The notes under the pieces: model-generated
Databases searched by the model: none
The model's input: only the letters and a program-made list of their open reading frames with translations
Told to the model about the DNA's origin: nothing
Made by a program: the position numbers and the translations under genes
NCBI GenBank assembly: GCA_010405405.1
Contig: MU004246.1
Coordinates: 434,001-498,000 of the forward strand
Source: Microthyrium microscopicum
Lineage: Eukaryota
Reading direction: 5' to 3'
Length of the DNA stretch: 64,000 bases
Shown: positions 35,630 through 49,858 of the stretch, one piece after another
How the letters are laid out: each line of letters begins with the position of its first letter
Numbering within the stretch: the stretch's first letter is position 1

Positions 35630-37196
35630 GATATATGCGGGAGATATGAATGTGGGCGAAAGGATGGACAACGGCTACTGTTGGTTGGTAGGAGTTGGAT
35701 GAATGTTGGACCGAAGACATGTGGGTGGTACACAGGTAGGCGAGCTCAAGGAGTGAAGTAGTAGGAGGCTTCAACTAGTAGTCGCGACTGGCGAGATGTA
35801 GGAGTGGTGCTGACGCGTTGCGTGTCCAGACAACTCGTTTGACAGCGTTGTTGAGATTGTATATGCATAAGGGATCATATCTTTGAGGGAAGCTGCTTTC
35901 GCTCACAGGTTGTGGTGTTGCTTTCTGTAAAGTTGAACATTCGTAGTCTGGTAAGCTATGTGGTGACTAAGCAATCTTGCAGCCTTAGTCCCTTAGGCTG
36001 CATATCAATACCAGAGGCGCATTTCATGTGCATATCAAAAATCAATCAAATGCATGGCGGTCTTAACCTCATGTTTTTTAAAAAGTGTTAATGCCTTTCC
36101 ATTTGCTGCCATCTTATTAGACATTAGATCCACAACCAAGACCATTGCATTTCGTATCTGGTGGAGTTCTCGTCTTCGCTTCTGCAGGTGGTTGCGAATG
36201 GTGTCAATGGACTCGATAAATTGTAGCGCCAACAGCAGCGCGCAATAGGTTGACGGCGTAAATCTACGTACAGAGGTGGATGCTCTGTTCGCAGATGCCC
36301 TGATGGACCATTTTGCTCCATGTTCAGTTGCAATCATGAAGATACAGTATCTAGAGAAAGAAGTTGAGTAGTATGGTTGATGGCAGTTCAAGCTGCATGT
36401 GTTTCAACTTTCAATGTTCAACATCGCGACGAGGCATGAAACCTTGTTGCCCAAGATTAAAGGCAGCAATGACGAGTGTTTGCGGCAGGCACGAGGCACG
36501 GTGGACATTGCGGTTTCCCAAATTATCAAATGCACATGCCAGGCGTTTGCTGCTGTCAATGTGTCAATGTCATGGGTTGAATTGGTTGATGCTGATGGTG
36601 CAAAAAGGGAAGCTACAGTACGCCCGACATATCAAGAAGCTGCATGTCAAGCTTGTTGCTGCTGCTTTGGGCCGCCAATTATCTTGCATTGGTTCAACTG
36701 CTATTAAATTCTCAACTCCATCTTTCATTATCGTCACTATCTATTCCACACGAGTCCTGCGACATCATCTTCAAAATTGAAATAACATCGTCGCCAATCC
36801 CCAGCCCCCAGATTACAGCGGCGCGAATCTCGGCTAGCCCATCTTACTGTCCACACTAACTCCAGCCAGCTTCTTGGCAAAAAGCAAGCTACTCCCCAGC
36901 CGCTTTGGTCGCTTCTTTAGGTCTTTCCTGCTGCAGGTCAACTTGGTCAAGCGCGCACCTTTCATCAATCAATCTCTGCCTCTTTCGTTCCTTGCTCCGA
37001 ACTTCCTGCACTGTCGCTCGCCAACTCTCCTGCTTACATCCCACACTCCTCACAAAGCTCATCTACTGCTCAATTGCTCTTGCTAGCCCTATCCCGGTTC
37101 TTTCCAGCTCCCCTCGTACCACCCCCTCAAACAACTTGGCCCTTCTTTAGCCAACCTCTCTTTGATCTATTTGTTGATCAGAAGACCCGTCCAACA

Positions 37197-38977
37197 ATGA
37201 GTGGAACAGGAACCTATACCTTTAAATGGTACGACCTCTCCAACCCTTCAACCTTCTCTCTCTTCATCCTTTCTAATTGCTTTACTATTCAGGGAACACA
37301 CTGGAGCTAATTCAGTACTCGTTTCTGGCACTTTCGACGATTGGGGAAAAACCGTCACTCTAGACAAGAAAGGCGAATTCTTTGAAAAGACTGTCGAGCT
37401 TCCCGCAGATAAAAAGGTGCTCTACAAGGTACGTTTTCTTGTCATACGGCATGATACTCGGTCAAGGCCACAGCAAGCTGAGCTGCAGCATGGAGACGCA
37501 ATCACTCATGGCAGCCTTGCAACCTAGCGGCTTTGGTTTTTCCCTTTTAATGGCGCTTAGCACCACCCGCCTCCCTCAATTCCGTCATTTGACCTGACTT
37601 TGTGCTAACTCTGTCCTCTAATAGTTTGTTGTTGATAACGAGTGGATGATTAGCGATTCCAAGCCTACCGAAACCGACGAAAATTACATTCAAAACAACG
37701 TACTCCATCCTTCTGACATCAAACCTAAAGCCGCCGAAACTTCAACCGAGAAATCCGCCGAAAAGCCAAAAGAAGGCCTCGCTGCCTCTACTACCTCCTT
37801 CATCTCATCCATAGCTCCAGGCGCAACAACCGCAGGAATGGTTGGCAGTATTCCAAAAGAAGGCACGTCCAAGGATGTGCCAGGCGCATTCATTGAGACA
37901 CCTGCCAATGAGGAAAAGGCCTTCTCTGTGAATCCTATTCCAGCCTCTGAAGGTGTTGGCAATCCCATCGATCTCAAGCCAGGCGAGTCGGTTCCTCATC
38001 ACAGCGAATTCACCACGAACACTGTCAACAGCGGTGTCAAGCTCGACAAAGAATCTTACGAGAAGGCTGACGCCGGCCCAGCTTCAGACATTGTAGCCGA
38101 AGCAAACAAGTCTACTCCCGTGGTTGGTGGCACAATCATTCCCGAGTCTGCCCTACCAATGGGTGAAGGTGGTGTGTCACCTTTCATCCAATCCTCAGGC
38201 GCCGGTACAACGACCGCCGCAATGGTTGGCGAACTTCCAAAGGAGAATGTTGGTGTTCCAGAGGTTGTCAGCGAAAGCCAAACAGCAGCCAAGGTTGATC
38301 CAGAGGCATCAGCCAACCCCGAAGCTGTTGAGGAAAAGAAGGAGGTCGAATCAGAGCTCAAGTCCAAAGTTCCCGAGGAGAAGGCTACCTCAGACGGTTC
38401 TCCTAGCGCTGGTGGCATTGCTGGTGCCGTAGGCGGTGGTGTTGCAGCTGTTGGTGCTGCTGCCACTGGTGCTGCCCTTGCAACTCACAAGAAGGCTACA
38501 GAGGCTGCCAAACCTGTAACGGACAAGATGGCTTCGACCACCGGAGCTGCTACCAGCTCTACTCCAGCCTCTTCTGTACCCAACGTCGTCTCTGAGAGCA
38601 TCGAAAAAGCTCATCAAAGCCCCGAGGCCGCTGCCAATGCCGAAGCGGTTGCAGAGAAGAAGGCTGTTGAATCCGAGTTCCTCAAGCATGTTCCCAAGGA
38701 GACGCAATCCGGTGAACCAGCTCCAACAATTACTGCTGCAACAACCGAGACTGCTCCAACAACTGGCACCACTGCTCCAAAGACCGATACCACTGTTCCA
38801 AAGACAGAAACCACTGCTCCAACCACTGAAGCTGGCCCAGCTACCCCTAAGAAGGATACGACCTCGCCAGCTGTAGCCTCAGCAAGTACCAAGAAGAAGA
38901 ACCGAGCTAGCATTTTCGGCAAGATCAAGGCCAAAATCGACGAAGTCCGGCACAAGGACAAGAAAGAAAAGAGCTAG
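37197..38977 (+). CDS. CBM48/AMPK-beta glycogen-binding domain protein, Crp1/Mdg1-like
   Basis: Spliced N-terminus YTFKW/EH...VSGTFDDW...LYK/FVVDNEW..., then an acidic Ala/Thr-rich region with duplicated VP.VVSES...PEA.AN.EAV.EKK.VESE repeats. Confidence 0.85.
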
Positions 38978-39499
38978 ATATTGTCGATCAAAAGAAATTG
39001 AGTAGGATTCCGGAAAGATACCACCAAAAAGCGGGACTCGTAATAATAATGGAATAAGGAAAATCATTCTGCATGGCTCCAGCGTCTCCTCTACTCTTCC
39101 TTTTATCGGCGAAACCTCAACTCCTCCACTGGAAATCGTTCATGTAATTCGTGTTATTGTTGATTCTTATTAGTTGTTGTAATTATGTGCTATTTGTGTC
39201 AAGATGCCAGTTGAATGGGTTTTGGCGGATAAGGCTCCTCTTGTATCAGCTGGATGATTGGGATCTTGTTGTGGTAGAGTAGTGAATCGGAGGGCATTTT
39301 AAGAGGAGTTTTTGATTTTGATACCATTTGATGCGTCAGTAGTTGTTATTCGTAGATTAGTCTTCATTTGATTTGACATTTATACAATAATAACTCGTTT
39401 CTATAACATCTCCAAGTTCTAGTTTATTGTATCTCCAACCACATAGAGTAACTTGTAGAAGTCTTTTACCAGCTTACTCCTTCCCGATCTGTTACTTCC

Positions 39500-40561
39500 C
39501 TATAACTTCCCCTTTCCCGCCTCAGTCTGTATCTCACCCAACAAAACCTTACAAACAAAATCAACACTCATCGCCATCATCTCCGGCGTCGTCTCATGTC
39601 CTGCGCCTGGAACTATTACATCCTTGAAATACATCTTCTCTCCCCACCACCCACCACTCCCCACCGCATTCTGCAAATACGTAACAAACGGCTTACTACA
39701 CCCATACGGCACCAATTTATCTTTCCCCCCACTTACATTCAAAACCGCCTTCCCCTTCACCGTCCTGTTCAATCGCTGTCTACTATACGCCCTCTTCTCC
39801 GGCTGCAACGCATCGCCCACCGGCACAGCTAGCGGCGCCATCGTCGTGGCTTTTGCGGCGACTGGTAATAGCAGGCCGGCGGGATCGCGTGTGTCGATTT
39901 TATCTATGAGTGCGTCGGGGAATGATGCTGAGCCAAAGAACGTAGACCCCGGTACTAAAGAAGAGGACCAGTCGTTCAATTTCGATTTTGATGCTCGGTG
40001 GGCCATTAGGCGCGCGAAATCTGGACAGCCGATTATTATTGCTGCGGCGCTGACGAGTGGATCGTGCAGTATTGCATGCCAGGCTGCGTGTGCGCCTAGC
40101 GATACGCCTAATACGAGATGCTGGCTTGGTGTGATGGGCAGGTGGGTGGAAATGGAGCGGATTAGGTGGGAGAGATCGGTCGCGGTCCCGGTGTAGGTGG
40201 CGTACATGTCCTCTGCGTGCGTCTTGTTGCCTGCCTTCCATGTCTCGTTTATCAGCGCGGTCGTCGAGCGGGTTCCGTGGTTTCGTTGGTCGAATGCTAT
40301 GGCGATTAGGGCGGGTGAGGTGGGTTTGGCGCGCGTGCGGTAGGTTGTTAGTGCTTCGGCGGCGATGTGGGACATTGTTTGCGCGGTGGCGAGGCGCGGG
40401 TGGAGAAGCCATAGGATGGAGAGGTGGGTGGTGTTGGGGGGCAGAGTGGTGAGGCCGTAGATTGTTAGTTCGATGTTGGAGATTGTTGTGGTGGTTGAGG
40501 TGATGGGCAGTGGGTTGACGGCGTTGTGGTAGGAGTCCATTGGGTTTGCTGGGTGGGCCAT
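39500..40561 (-). CDS. Conserved fungal alpha/beta-hydrolase
   Basis: LLHPRL, AFDQRNHG, GVSLG nucleophile elbow, SGGKDKLVP (Asp) and GAGHE (His). Confidence 0.85.
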   Translation of the reverse strand: MAHPANPMDSYHNAVNPLPITSTTTTISNIELTIYGLTTLPPNTTHLSILWLLHPRLATAQTMSHIAAEALTTYRTRAKPTSPALIAIAFDQRNHGTRSTTALINETWKAGNKTHAEDMYATYTGTATDLSHLIRSISTHLPITPSQHLVLGVSLGAHAAWHAILHDPLVSAAAIIIGCPDFARLMAHRASKSKLNDWSSSLVPGSTFFGSASFPDALIDKIDTRDPAGLLLPVAAKATTMAPLAVPVGDALQPEKRAYSRQRLNRTVKGKAVLNVSGGKDKLVPYGCSKPFVTYLQNAVGSGGWWGEKMYFKDVIVPGAGHETTPEMMAMSVDFVCKVLLGEIQTEAGKGKL

Positions 40562-41131
40562 TGTGCTCCTTACTCCTTCTGAATGTTCAATTGTGGATAG
40601 TATATAGGAGTTGGTTAAGTATACATAGTTCTTTATGAGATATTGGAGATCTTGGAGTGGGGAGGTCTCGATATAAATTTGACGTTCAGCCTCGGCAATG
40701 TCGAGACTTCGAAATCGGTAGAGATAACCAATGGACGGAAAGCTCGCCATACAATCCTGGTGCCGCAGTCAGATCAAACTTGGGTCTACAGTTCTTGTTG
40801 TGCAAAGAGCAAGATCTCGACTAATACTGGGTAAGATCATGACATTGAACGATGAAGAATGAAGATACTATATAAGGCTGAGAAAGGTGTTAGCAACACA
40901 CTTCCATACCGAGTTCCGAGTCTCACAGTCAGTTAACTCGACATTCGCTCTATTCATTAGGCTAACAATAACAGGTGCTTGCAAAGAGTATCAAACTCAT
41001 TACCGGTAGTTGTGCTCTCATTTCCAAATCGTTGTCCATCATTGATATTAGTACGACGTTTCCTTACTCTTCAAACACCACCTCGCTTTCATATCAGAAC
41101 ACTATCAGTCCTGCACCATAGAAGATGCGAG

Positions 41132-43733
41132 TTACACTATCGTAAATGTAACTTCCTCATATCTCGCCATCCATTCAACGAGCTCATGTCCACCGCTATA
41201 CCCATCGTCCGTATACATGGCGTCTCCTGATGGCCATGTTGATCGTTCAAAGAGCCTTGAACCACCTCTAAGTCCACTTCCATGTCCACCACCTCTCGAT
41301 GAACCCCCAAATACCCTATGTCCACTTGGCGGTAGTGGTAAACCTTCCGTATGCATAGGACCTAGTCGAGGCAATTGGCGTGATTGATCTAGATGTGGCC
41401 CTATAGATTCTTTGTTGCGTTGAACGTCTAACTCGCTTTCACTTGATTCTGTACTCAATAATTCTTCATCGTCATCGTTAAAATGCTCTTCTCCGTCTTC
41501 TGTATCATCATATGAAGCATCTTCCTCGTGGAGTCCAGGGCCGTCGCCATTAGCGATTTCAACAGCGTCTATAAAATCTGGACGAAAAGGATACGACCAA
41601 GGAGTCAAAGTCGCCGTTGCTTCATGCTCAAATATCAGGTCTGCAACTCCAACGCGACGATACGTGTGAGGCTCTTCCTCTGCAACTAGTACAAGACACT
41701 TGTGATATACATGTGTGGGGCAACAAGTTGTAATCATGCTGACGAAAAAGACTCGTTTGGAGGGAATCCACATATATCCTTCGATTTTCCGCAATGGAGC
41801 TCGATCTCCTGGGCCGGGCACTTCAAGGTCTGGGTGTTCAAACCCGGGAATATTGACGGGAAAAACCCGTCCTCTATATTTCAAGGCAGCCTTGAGGATT
41901 GGGGATACCAAAGGCTGGCCGGACCACTGTATGTCTGCACCTAGATACACGGCATCATACTCCGTCATTGTCTTGTCGTAATGTGGCTCAATGGTTTTAC
42001 TCTCGAAGAACTGTTCTGCCTGGATGTACATCCACGACCACGACGGCATTCCGGCGTTGATCTTAAAATTATGGTGATTGATGTCCTCGGGAATAGGGAT
42101 GAGGAAGAGGTACGCGATCAAGTCTTCTTCCCAGCAACCGACAAGAGGGGTAAAGGCAGTAATCCTCTGGAAATACGATGTGATACCAGCCAATGCGGGC
42201 AAACGATCAGTGGACCTCGTGAGTTGACGCTTGGAGTATTCGGATATCCAACTACACCATGTGCCATACTCGAGAGGCCGCGAATCGCGAGAGAGACGCT
42301 GTAGTTTGATAAACTCTCGCGGGGATCGTCGTGATACTATGACTGAACAGGTTCCATCTTCGGTATGGAAGGTCTCGTTGCATTGCCAATAGATCTGCTC
42401 ATTCGCGAAACAAAGGACTCGTGGCGATAGCATGAACTCTTGCATTGTCCATCCACGTTTTGTCAATGGCCATTGTGCGTGAAATCCTGATTTCATCTTC
42501 TTCCGGTAGAAAGGTCGGAGGTATATCTTACAGTTATGAGCTTCGTCGTTCAGTTGTACAGCCAATTGCGAGAGGCGTGAAGTTATGGCCGAAGTTGAGG
42601 ACGCAGTCGTTGGATACCTATATGGTCCTTTCTACAGCCTTAGTTCCGTCAATAACATCTTCTCGAGGCATACAGGTCGTCAAGGCAGGTTTGCTGCCGG
42701 TATTAGGCGGATCGGGCATTCTTCTTGAGTATGAATTGCTAGTAAAGTGGATGGATGATGGTAACTTCAGAAACATTCCTTCGGATCCATTGCGGGCAGA
42801 AACCGCTGCAATCGTCAGGTAGCTATTCTCGTATACCGCAGCCATCATCGCAGCTTCTCTTTGCCAATCTACTTCATCATCCTGCACGATGCATAAAGAA
42901 TCGATCCACAGGTACTTGATATTCAAGGCAGCCGTGACTGTGATAGCATCGGCGAAGGTCTTCGGCAACATGGCGTATTCTATCTCGTCAAGGTGTTTCG
43001 CCAAAGAAGACTTCGTTGTCTGGATGGGTACTCCATCTGTCCCCCAACAATGGCTGAGAGTAATGTAAGGCTGGAATGGCAAACCCATAGCCTTAGGTTC
43101 AATTAACCGCAAATGCTGTTCGCCCGAGATCTCCGTTATTTGTATCACTCGAGTTGGCCAGTCGGGGACTCCAAAAGCACAGTTTCCATGTTCGAGGCAA
43201 TTGATGAGCCAGGAGTTTATCACTGGAAGTCTCTCTTGCAAGCTTGGAGTCGTCCGTTTCCAGATAGCTCTATCCGCAAAACGCGCTGTCTGCATGTAAG
43301 CGTTATATCTCATCACAGAACAGAAGTGAAACATCACAATTCGCTGATTAGCGGACGGAATGTGCAACTCACTATGCTCTGTACTCAATACAAAATTCCT
43401 CTCTGCCAAAACCTCATCATCCTTAGCTTGATTGTTACAATGACGGATCGTAATCCTTTTCAAGTGTGCATTCCTTTCAATGTATGGATCGTCACGCTTA
43501 GGCCATACAGTGGACGTATACACACATGTAATTCGGCCGTCTAAATCTTCTTGGCACGCTTTCGAAAACTCGTCACTGTCTTTGAACAGTTCTACCAGCC
43601 AGGAGCATACAGAGCAAGAAGCAGCCGAATCTTTGAGTTCTGAGGCTGATTGGTGGCGGTCGAGAGAACCCCGCTCAGCGCTCGTTTCGTCTCCAAAATC
43701 CGGTAAAGAGTGACAGCGTTCGCACACTGCCAT
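41132..43733 (-). CDS. Second HET-domain gene, with a reading-frame break at ~42570-42670 (possible pseudogene)
   Basis: Upstream ORF has YITLSHCWG, LPKTFADAI, YLWIDSLCIVQDD and MAAVYENSYLTIAA. Downstream ORF has PLTKRGWTMQEFMLSPR and YSKRQLT..TDRLPALAG. The two ORFs are in different frames. Confidence 0.8.
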
Positions 43734-44398
43734 TTTACCATGGCTAAGTAAGTATGTTTGTTTCAGTCGGCTTTTAATTTCTTGACAGCAATGGTGATGC
43801 GGGGTCCTTATGTTCAGTGCACTTAAGGAAAAGTTGGTGTAGTTTGTGACATAAGGTCCAACAATCAAGATGATAGTTTGGAAGTGAAATCTACGCTCGA
43901 CGAATCGCAGGATCGCTCAATGAATATTTACCTAGAGCGCAACGTGGTCTTATCAGATAGGGTACGATGATGATGCTGCTTTGGAGCTGCAGGCCTATCG
44001 CTCTTGTTATCCGCGATGTGATCAGGCTGAAGTCATCAGGCTGAACAAGATTTAAACGCGCGGTTATTTTTGAATCATGCGGACGGGGGTTTCAGTTGGA
44101 AATGACCAGGATCCGCGAGTCTCCGTGCTTGCTGTGCTTGGGCCCAAATGCCAACCGTGATTCCATCCCGAGCTCTCCTCCACTTGCCATCATCTCTTTT
44201 TTTTGGGAACCAGTCTGATCGTGCTCAGGCGCAAAAGCCAAGACCATTTACTCGCCAATCTCCTCTAAACTCCATTACTCTCCCAACTACTTCTCCTGTC
44301 CCTCACACGCAGTAATCCCGACCACCATACCTCAACTCTCTACCTCCTATTAAACATAAACGCTTGATCCTCCATGTTACTGTTACCATATCACAATC

Positions 44399-47300
44399 AT
44401 GAGCCAAATACAGAATGGCCCACCACCTACGCAAGACTCTCTTGTTTACAGCGATGATATTTCCCCTAAGACTATGTCTCCCAACCAACCTCCCTCCATG
44501 GCACAGATGACCTCTTCAGAGAGTCTCGTTGCTAAAGCCGTTTCGCGCCTACCCTCGGATATAAAGGAGAATGGAAAGTCGCGTTCCTCGTCAAACAAAA
44601 ATGCGGCCTCCTTACAATCCTCCCCTACATCTGATCGCTCAGGATACATGAACGCCGAATTCCCCTTCACTGCGCTTCCTGGTACTACTGGTGTACTTCC
44701 TACAAATGATCTCGTCCATCGAGTCGATTATGCCCATTCACCGGAAGATAGATCCACTGCCAAGCATACAACACCACAGGACGAAATAATACCCACTATT
44801 TCCAATGGTGTACCATCTGTTCGATCTCTCGAGCAGGGCTTCAATACGCCTCCACGACGAAGCGTCCAGTTTGCACGACCTGGGGCTGCAGACTCTTTGG
44901 AAACGCCGACTTTACAAAAATCAGAGCCAAAGGACGCGGAAGGCATTGATGGAAATACAAAAGAAAGTCATGGCTCAAGATTAATGTCGCGATTAAAGTC
45001 TTTGACTTCTCCAATACCCGGTCATAGTAGATCATTGAGTGGTTGGACGATAGGTTCGGCTGATGGCGACAATCTGCCCGCTCCAACAGAGCGAAGAGAC
45101 GATGAGGATGATGCTGATGCGGAAGAAAGTGGTGCGGAGACATCTGGTCTTCCCAGTTCTAAGAGAAAGTCAAAACGGAAAGCACGACGGCAAAAACAGT
45201 CAAGTGTACTAGATGGCACCAGGACTGCCCCAACCACTCCTCGCGGATCTACTCTTCGATTTCCTGGATTTCATCGCTCCTCTTCCGAACGTTCTCCTGC
45301 GCCAGATCCAGCCGCCGCTCGACCTCCCATAACGGCGCGGCAAAGTACAATGTCAGACATACCAGAACATCACCGGCTAGCTTTCTCGGAAGATGAAGGC
45401 CACGCAGGCGCCCAACCACGCGCTAAACGACCAAATGGATTCCGAAGAATTACTGGTATCGGATCTTCATCAAAGTCACCCGGCGCAGAACCCACAAGTC
45501 CTTGGAAGAGAGGCGAAAGAATGTCAACAACAAGCGCCGTGAGATGGAGACAATTGAAACAAGGCTTGAAAATCCTAAGTGCCAAAAAGAAAGGGGAAAA
45601 GAGTCGATTAGATCATGTCAAATCCGCAGAGTTGATGGCGGAATTGATTGCTGGTGCGCCAGCCGCATTATTACTTGCCAGTATGTTCCAACGAGATGAG
45701 CACGGGAGAAAGAGAATACCTGTGCTTTTGGAGCAACTCAAAGTCAAGGTCACTGACAGCGTCTCCTCAAAGAATGAAGGAGGCGATGCGCGGCATCTAA
45801 CATTTCGCATCGAGTTGGAATATGCAAGTGCTTTGGTTCGCATGAAGTGGGTTATCAACCGTACTTGGCGCGACTTTGCAAAACTCCATACGAAATACAA
45901 GATGCAGTTCAAAGGGGACGATCTCAAACATTTTCGCAAGGATAACCTGAAGCTGCCCAAGTTCCCGCGTAGAGCGGTGCCATACCTGCGCAGCTATCGA
46001 GGTCTTTACGAGGACGAAGAGAACGAGGAAGACGACCTTACCGCAGGGGAGCAAACTGCGGCTGAACAAACTGCTGCAGAACAAACGGCAGCAGAAGAAA
46101 GTGGCCTTGATATCCTCGATGGAGACGCTAATGGGACAGATCGACCAACCGCTAGTAAGAGGAGGTCATCGATCAATTTCATGAGACGAACAGCCTCTGC
46201 TTTCGGGCCCGAGTCACTGAGTCGACTTGGTAGTTCATTTGTTGGCGCTTCACAGACCGGTGGGCCCGATAAAACTCAACGAGATCATTACAACGAACGC
46301 GTACGGAAGCGGCTGGAATTGTACCTACAACAACTTATTAATTGTGTTATATTCCGGCCGATCAGTAATCGACTCTGTAAATTTCTCGAACTATCAGCAT
46401 TGGGCATCCGACTAGCACCCGAAGGTGGCTATCATGGAAAAGAAGGCTTCATGTTGATTAAATCTACCAAAGGTGTCGATTTCCGAAAGAAGCTATCTCC
46501 ACGGCTATTTGTTGATCGTCACTCTCCCAAATGGTTCCTCATCCGCCACAGTTACATTGCTTGCGTTGACTCACCAGATGCTCTCAAAATCTACGACGTG
46601 TTCTTGGTAGATCCACATTTCAAGTTTGAAAAGAAGAAGAATCTCAGTCAAGAACGTGAAGAAGATGAGAACCCAATCGATCTTGCCAAACGAGTCGGCA
46701 ACTCTGCAAAGAATGCAAACCATCACCAGCTCACAATTAAGAATACTGAGAGTGTCAGTAAACTATTGCTAAAGAGCGAACGACTCACTCGGCAATTCGA
46801 AGAGTCCATCAAGTTCATGCTTAGTCAAACTGAATGGTCAAAACTTCATCGATTCGGCAGCTTCGCGCCTGTTCGAAAAGATTGCTGGGCGCAACCTTTG
46901 ATTGATGGCCAAGATTACATGTGGAACGTCTCAAGAGCTATCGACAACGCGCGAGAAGTGATCTATATACATGACTGGTGGCTAACACCAGAAGTATATC
47001 TTCGCCGACCTCCTGCGATCAGTCAAGAGTGGCGCTTGGATCGACTACTTCAAAAGAAGGCAGATCAAGGCGTCAAGATCTTTGTCATTGTGTATCGCAA
47101 CGTTGAATCGGCTATTCCCATCAGCTCGGAGCACACAAAGGCTTGTCTCGTTAACCTCGGACCAAATGTCTTTATTCAACGCTCTCCTAATCAGTTCCGG
47201 CAAAACACTTTCTTCTGGGCCCATCATGAAAAAGTTGTTGTCATTGATCATACGGTTGCTTTCTGTGGTGGTGTAGATCTTTGCTTTGGTCGTTGGGATA

Positions 47301-49489
47301 CTCCTCAGCATAACGTCTGTGACGACAAACTTACTGGATTCGAAGATGGTGATTTCCCTCGAGACTCTGAAAATTGTCAGATATGGCCTGGAAAGGACTA
47401 CTCGAATCCTCGAGTCCAAGATTTCTTCGGCTTGGAAAAACCTTATGATGAGATGTACGATCGAACCAAGGTCCCTCGTATGCCATGGCACGATGTTGGA
47501 ATGCAAATCATTGGTCAACCTGCAAGAGATCTCAGTCGTCATTTCGTTCAACGATGGAATTTCCTTCTTCGACAGAGAGACAGTGCTCGTCCACGACCGA
47601 TGCTACTACCTCCTCCGGATTTCCTTCCAGCTGATCTTGAAGCTCTTGATCTTCAGGGGACTTGTGAAGTTCAGATTCTTCGATCGTCCTGCGCATGGTC
47701 CCTTGGCACGATGGATAAGCATGTTGAATGCAGCATCATGACAGCATACGTCGAATCTATTCGCGAATCTGAACATCTCGTGTATATTGAAAATCAGTTC
47801 TTCATTACAAGTTGTGAAGCCGGTGATACCAAGATCGAGAACAAGATTGGTGATGCGCTTGTTGAGCGTATCATTCGAGCACATGAGAATGAAGAAAGAT
47901 GGAAAGCCATTATCGTCATACCATTGGTTCCAGGGTTTCAAAGCACCGTCGACATCATGGATGGCACCAGTGTCCGTCTCATCATGCAGCTGCAATTTTA
48001 CAGTATCTGCCGTGGAGAAAAGTCGATCTTTGGCCGCCTTCAACGTCAAGGTATCGATCCAAGAGAATATATCGAGTTCTATGCTCTTCGCTCATGGGGT
48101 GCTATTGGACCTGAAAAGACCCTAGTCACTGAACAACTCTACATTCACGCCAAGGTCATGGTCGTTGATGATCGCATCGCTATCATTGGGTCAGCCAACA
48201 TCAACGAACGCTCTATGCTTGGTAGTCGTGATTCGGAAATCGCTGCCATCGTACGCGATACTGACATGATCCAATCTCGTTTGGCTGGTCAACCATACAC
48301 TGTATCTCGCTTCGCTCACACATTCCGCATGAAACTTATGCGCGAACATCTTGGTCTGGATGTCTGCCGCAATTCACACATGAACTCTAAAGACGACGAA
48401 CCTAGCCATGCTGCTCAACGGGAAGAACATGTTCTTTCAGAACGAGACGCCAGCATCATCCTTGAAGACCACATCTCCGCAGCCCAGGACTCCATTCTCA
48501 ACGCCGAACGCGAATACCAACACAGCCGCCGCAGTTCACAACTCGAAACCTCCCAGTTCGACGGCGCAGCACCAACCTTTACTCCCGCTGTACTTCCACC
48601 AAATCCTACCCTCGAACGCCACTACACCGCCGACTTGGGTCTTCCGCAAATCTTCCAACTCCCTGCCCTCCCACCCACTGATGACACGGACATAGGCGGT
48701 CCACCTCTCTACCACTCTCTCGCTGGCACACCCCTCCTCGACTCCTACCCTTTCCTCGCAGACATGCAGTTCCCGCAAGTGCTTGACGACTGCATGGTCG
48801 ATCCCGTCGCAGACTCATTCTTCCACGCCGTTTGGCATACGGTCGCGGAGAATAACACGGCAATCTTCCGCCTTGTGTTCCGCTGTATGCCAGATAGTGA
48901 GGTGCGCACATGGAAAGAATACAAGCAATACGACTCATTCTACGAGCGTTTCAAAGGCGCGCAAACAGGTGATATGTCCAAAGACGCCGAGAAGAATGCT
49001 GCCATGCAAGACCAATCCGACACCTTCGCCACCGCGCCCACCCACGACTCTGCTCGGACCGCCAGTGCCGCTGGTGCCGCTGGTGGTGCGACCATGTCTG
49101 AGAAATTTTCTTCCCCAACAGATTCAGCCCAACTCGAAAAGAATGCGGCTGCGAACGCACCGCCCACAACTGCAACGTCTCAAACGGGAAGCCAGACGAA
49201 GCGAAATACGTCGAAACGGACACGTAAACGCGCAGGCACAAAGGGCAGTGTGGCAAGAATGATGGTGGACGTGGACGATGAGGCTGTTATGTTGGAACGA
49301 GCTGATGCGGAGGAGTTGCTGAAGAGGGTTCAGGGACATTTGGTTGTTTGGCCTTATGATTGGCTTTGCTCGGAGATGGATAGTGGGAATTGGAATCATC
49401 CGGTGGATCATATGGCGCCTTTAGAGATTTAGTAAGTTTGATACCTTTTCGACAAAGGGATTTGTGCTAACCACTTTCTTAGTTCTTGA
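44399..49489 (+). CDS. SPO14: Phospholipase D1
   Basis: PX/PH region, two HKD motifs (HHEKVVVID, IHAKVMVVD...GSANINERS) and PRMPWHD. A terminal intron 49432..49482 gives the C-terminus PLEIYS*. Confidence 0.96.
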
Positions 49490-49858
49490 GATGGCGAAAA
49501 GGCGAAGACCGAGTATGTTGTGAAGAGCGAAGCCGGTGGATTTTGTCCATTGATCGATTTGATACCCATTTTGGCTGGTAGACAGCCCTTTTCTAACTCA
49601 GACTTTGAAATTGCTAGCATTATCTGCGGTTGGGTTACAGAGTGGTTTCGGACAATTGCTTTTCTTCTCGTACCGGTAGTTTGGCGCTTACTGATAGTTG
49701 CATTTCTCTGGGAAAGGTTTATTTCTTTCATTGACTCTAGTCTATCTAGAGTATAGTAGTACATATAAGAGCTTTTATAGCTCTCATAATATCACAGCCT
49801 ATGGCTTTTTATACAAAAATCATTAACATTATCACACAACCCCCTCATACTCCACGTC

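Noticed and set aside
35700..37150. Short ORFs between the cyclin and CBM48 genes
   Set aside because: No recognisable motifs or coherent exon structure; likely a divergent promoter/UTR region.
43290..43372. Intron-like GTGAGT..CAG segment in the 5' part of the second HET gene
   Set aside because: Splicing it would break the frame while the unspliced sequence is open; cannot be supported without transcripts.
46049..46096. 15-bp triple repeat (EQTAA x3) in PLD1
   Set aside because: Ordinary short coding expansion in a disordered acidic loop.
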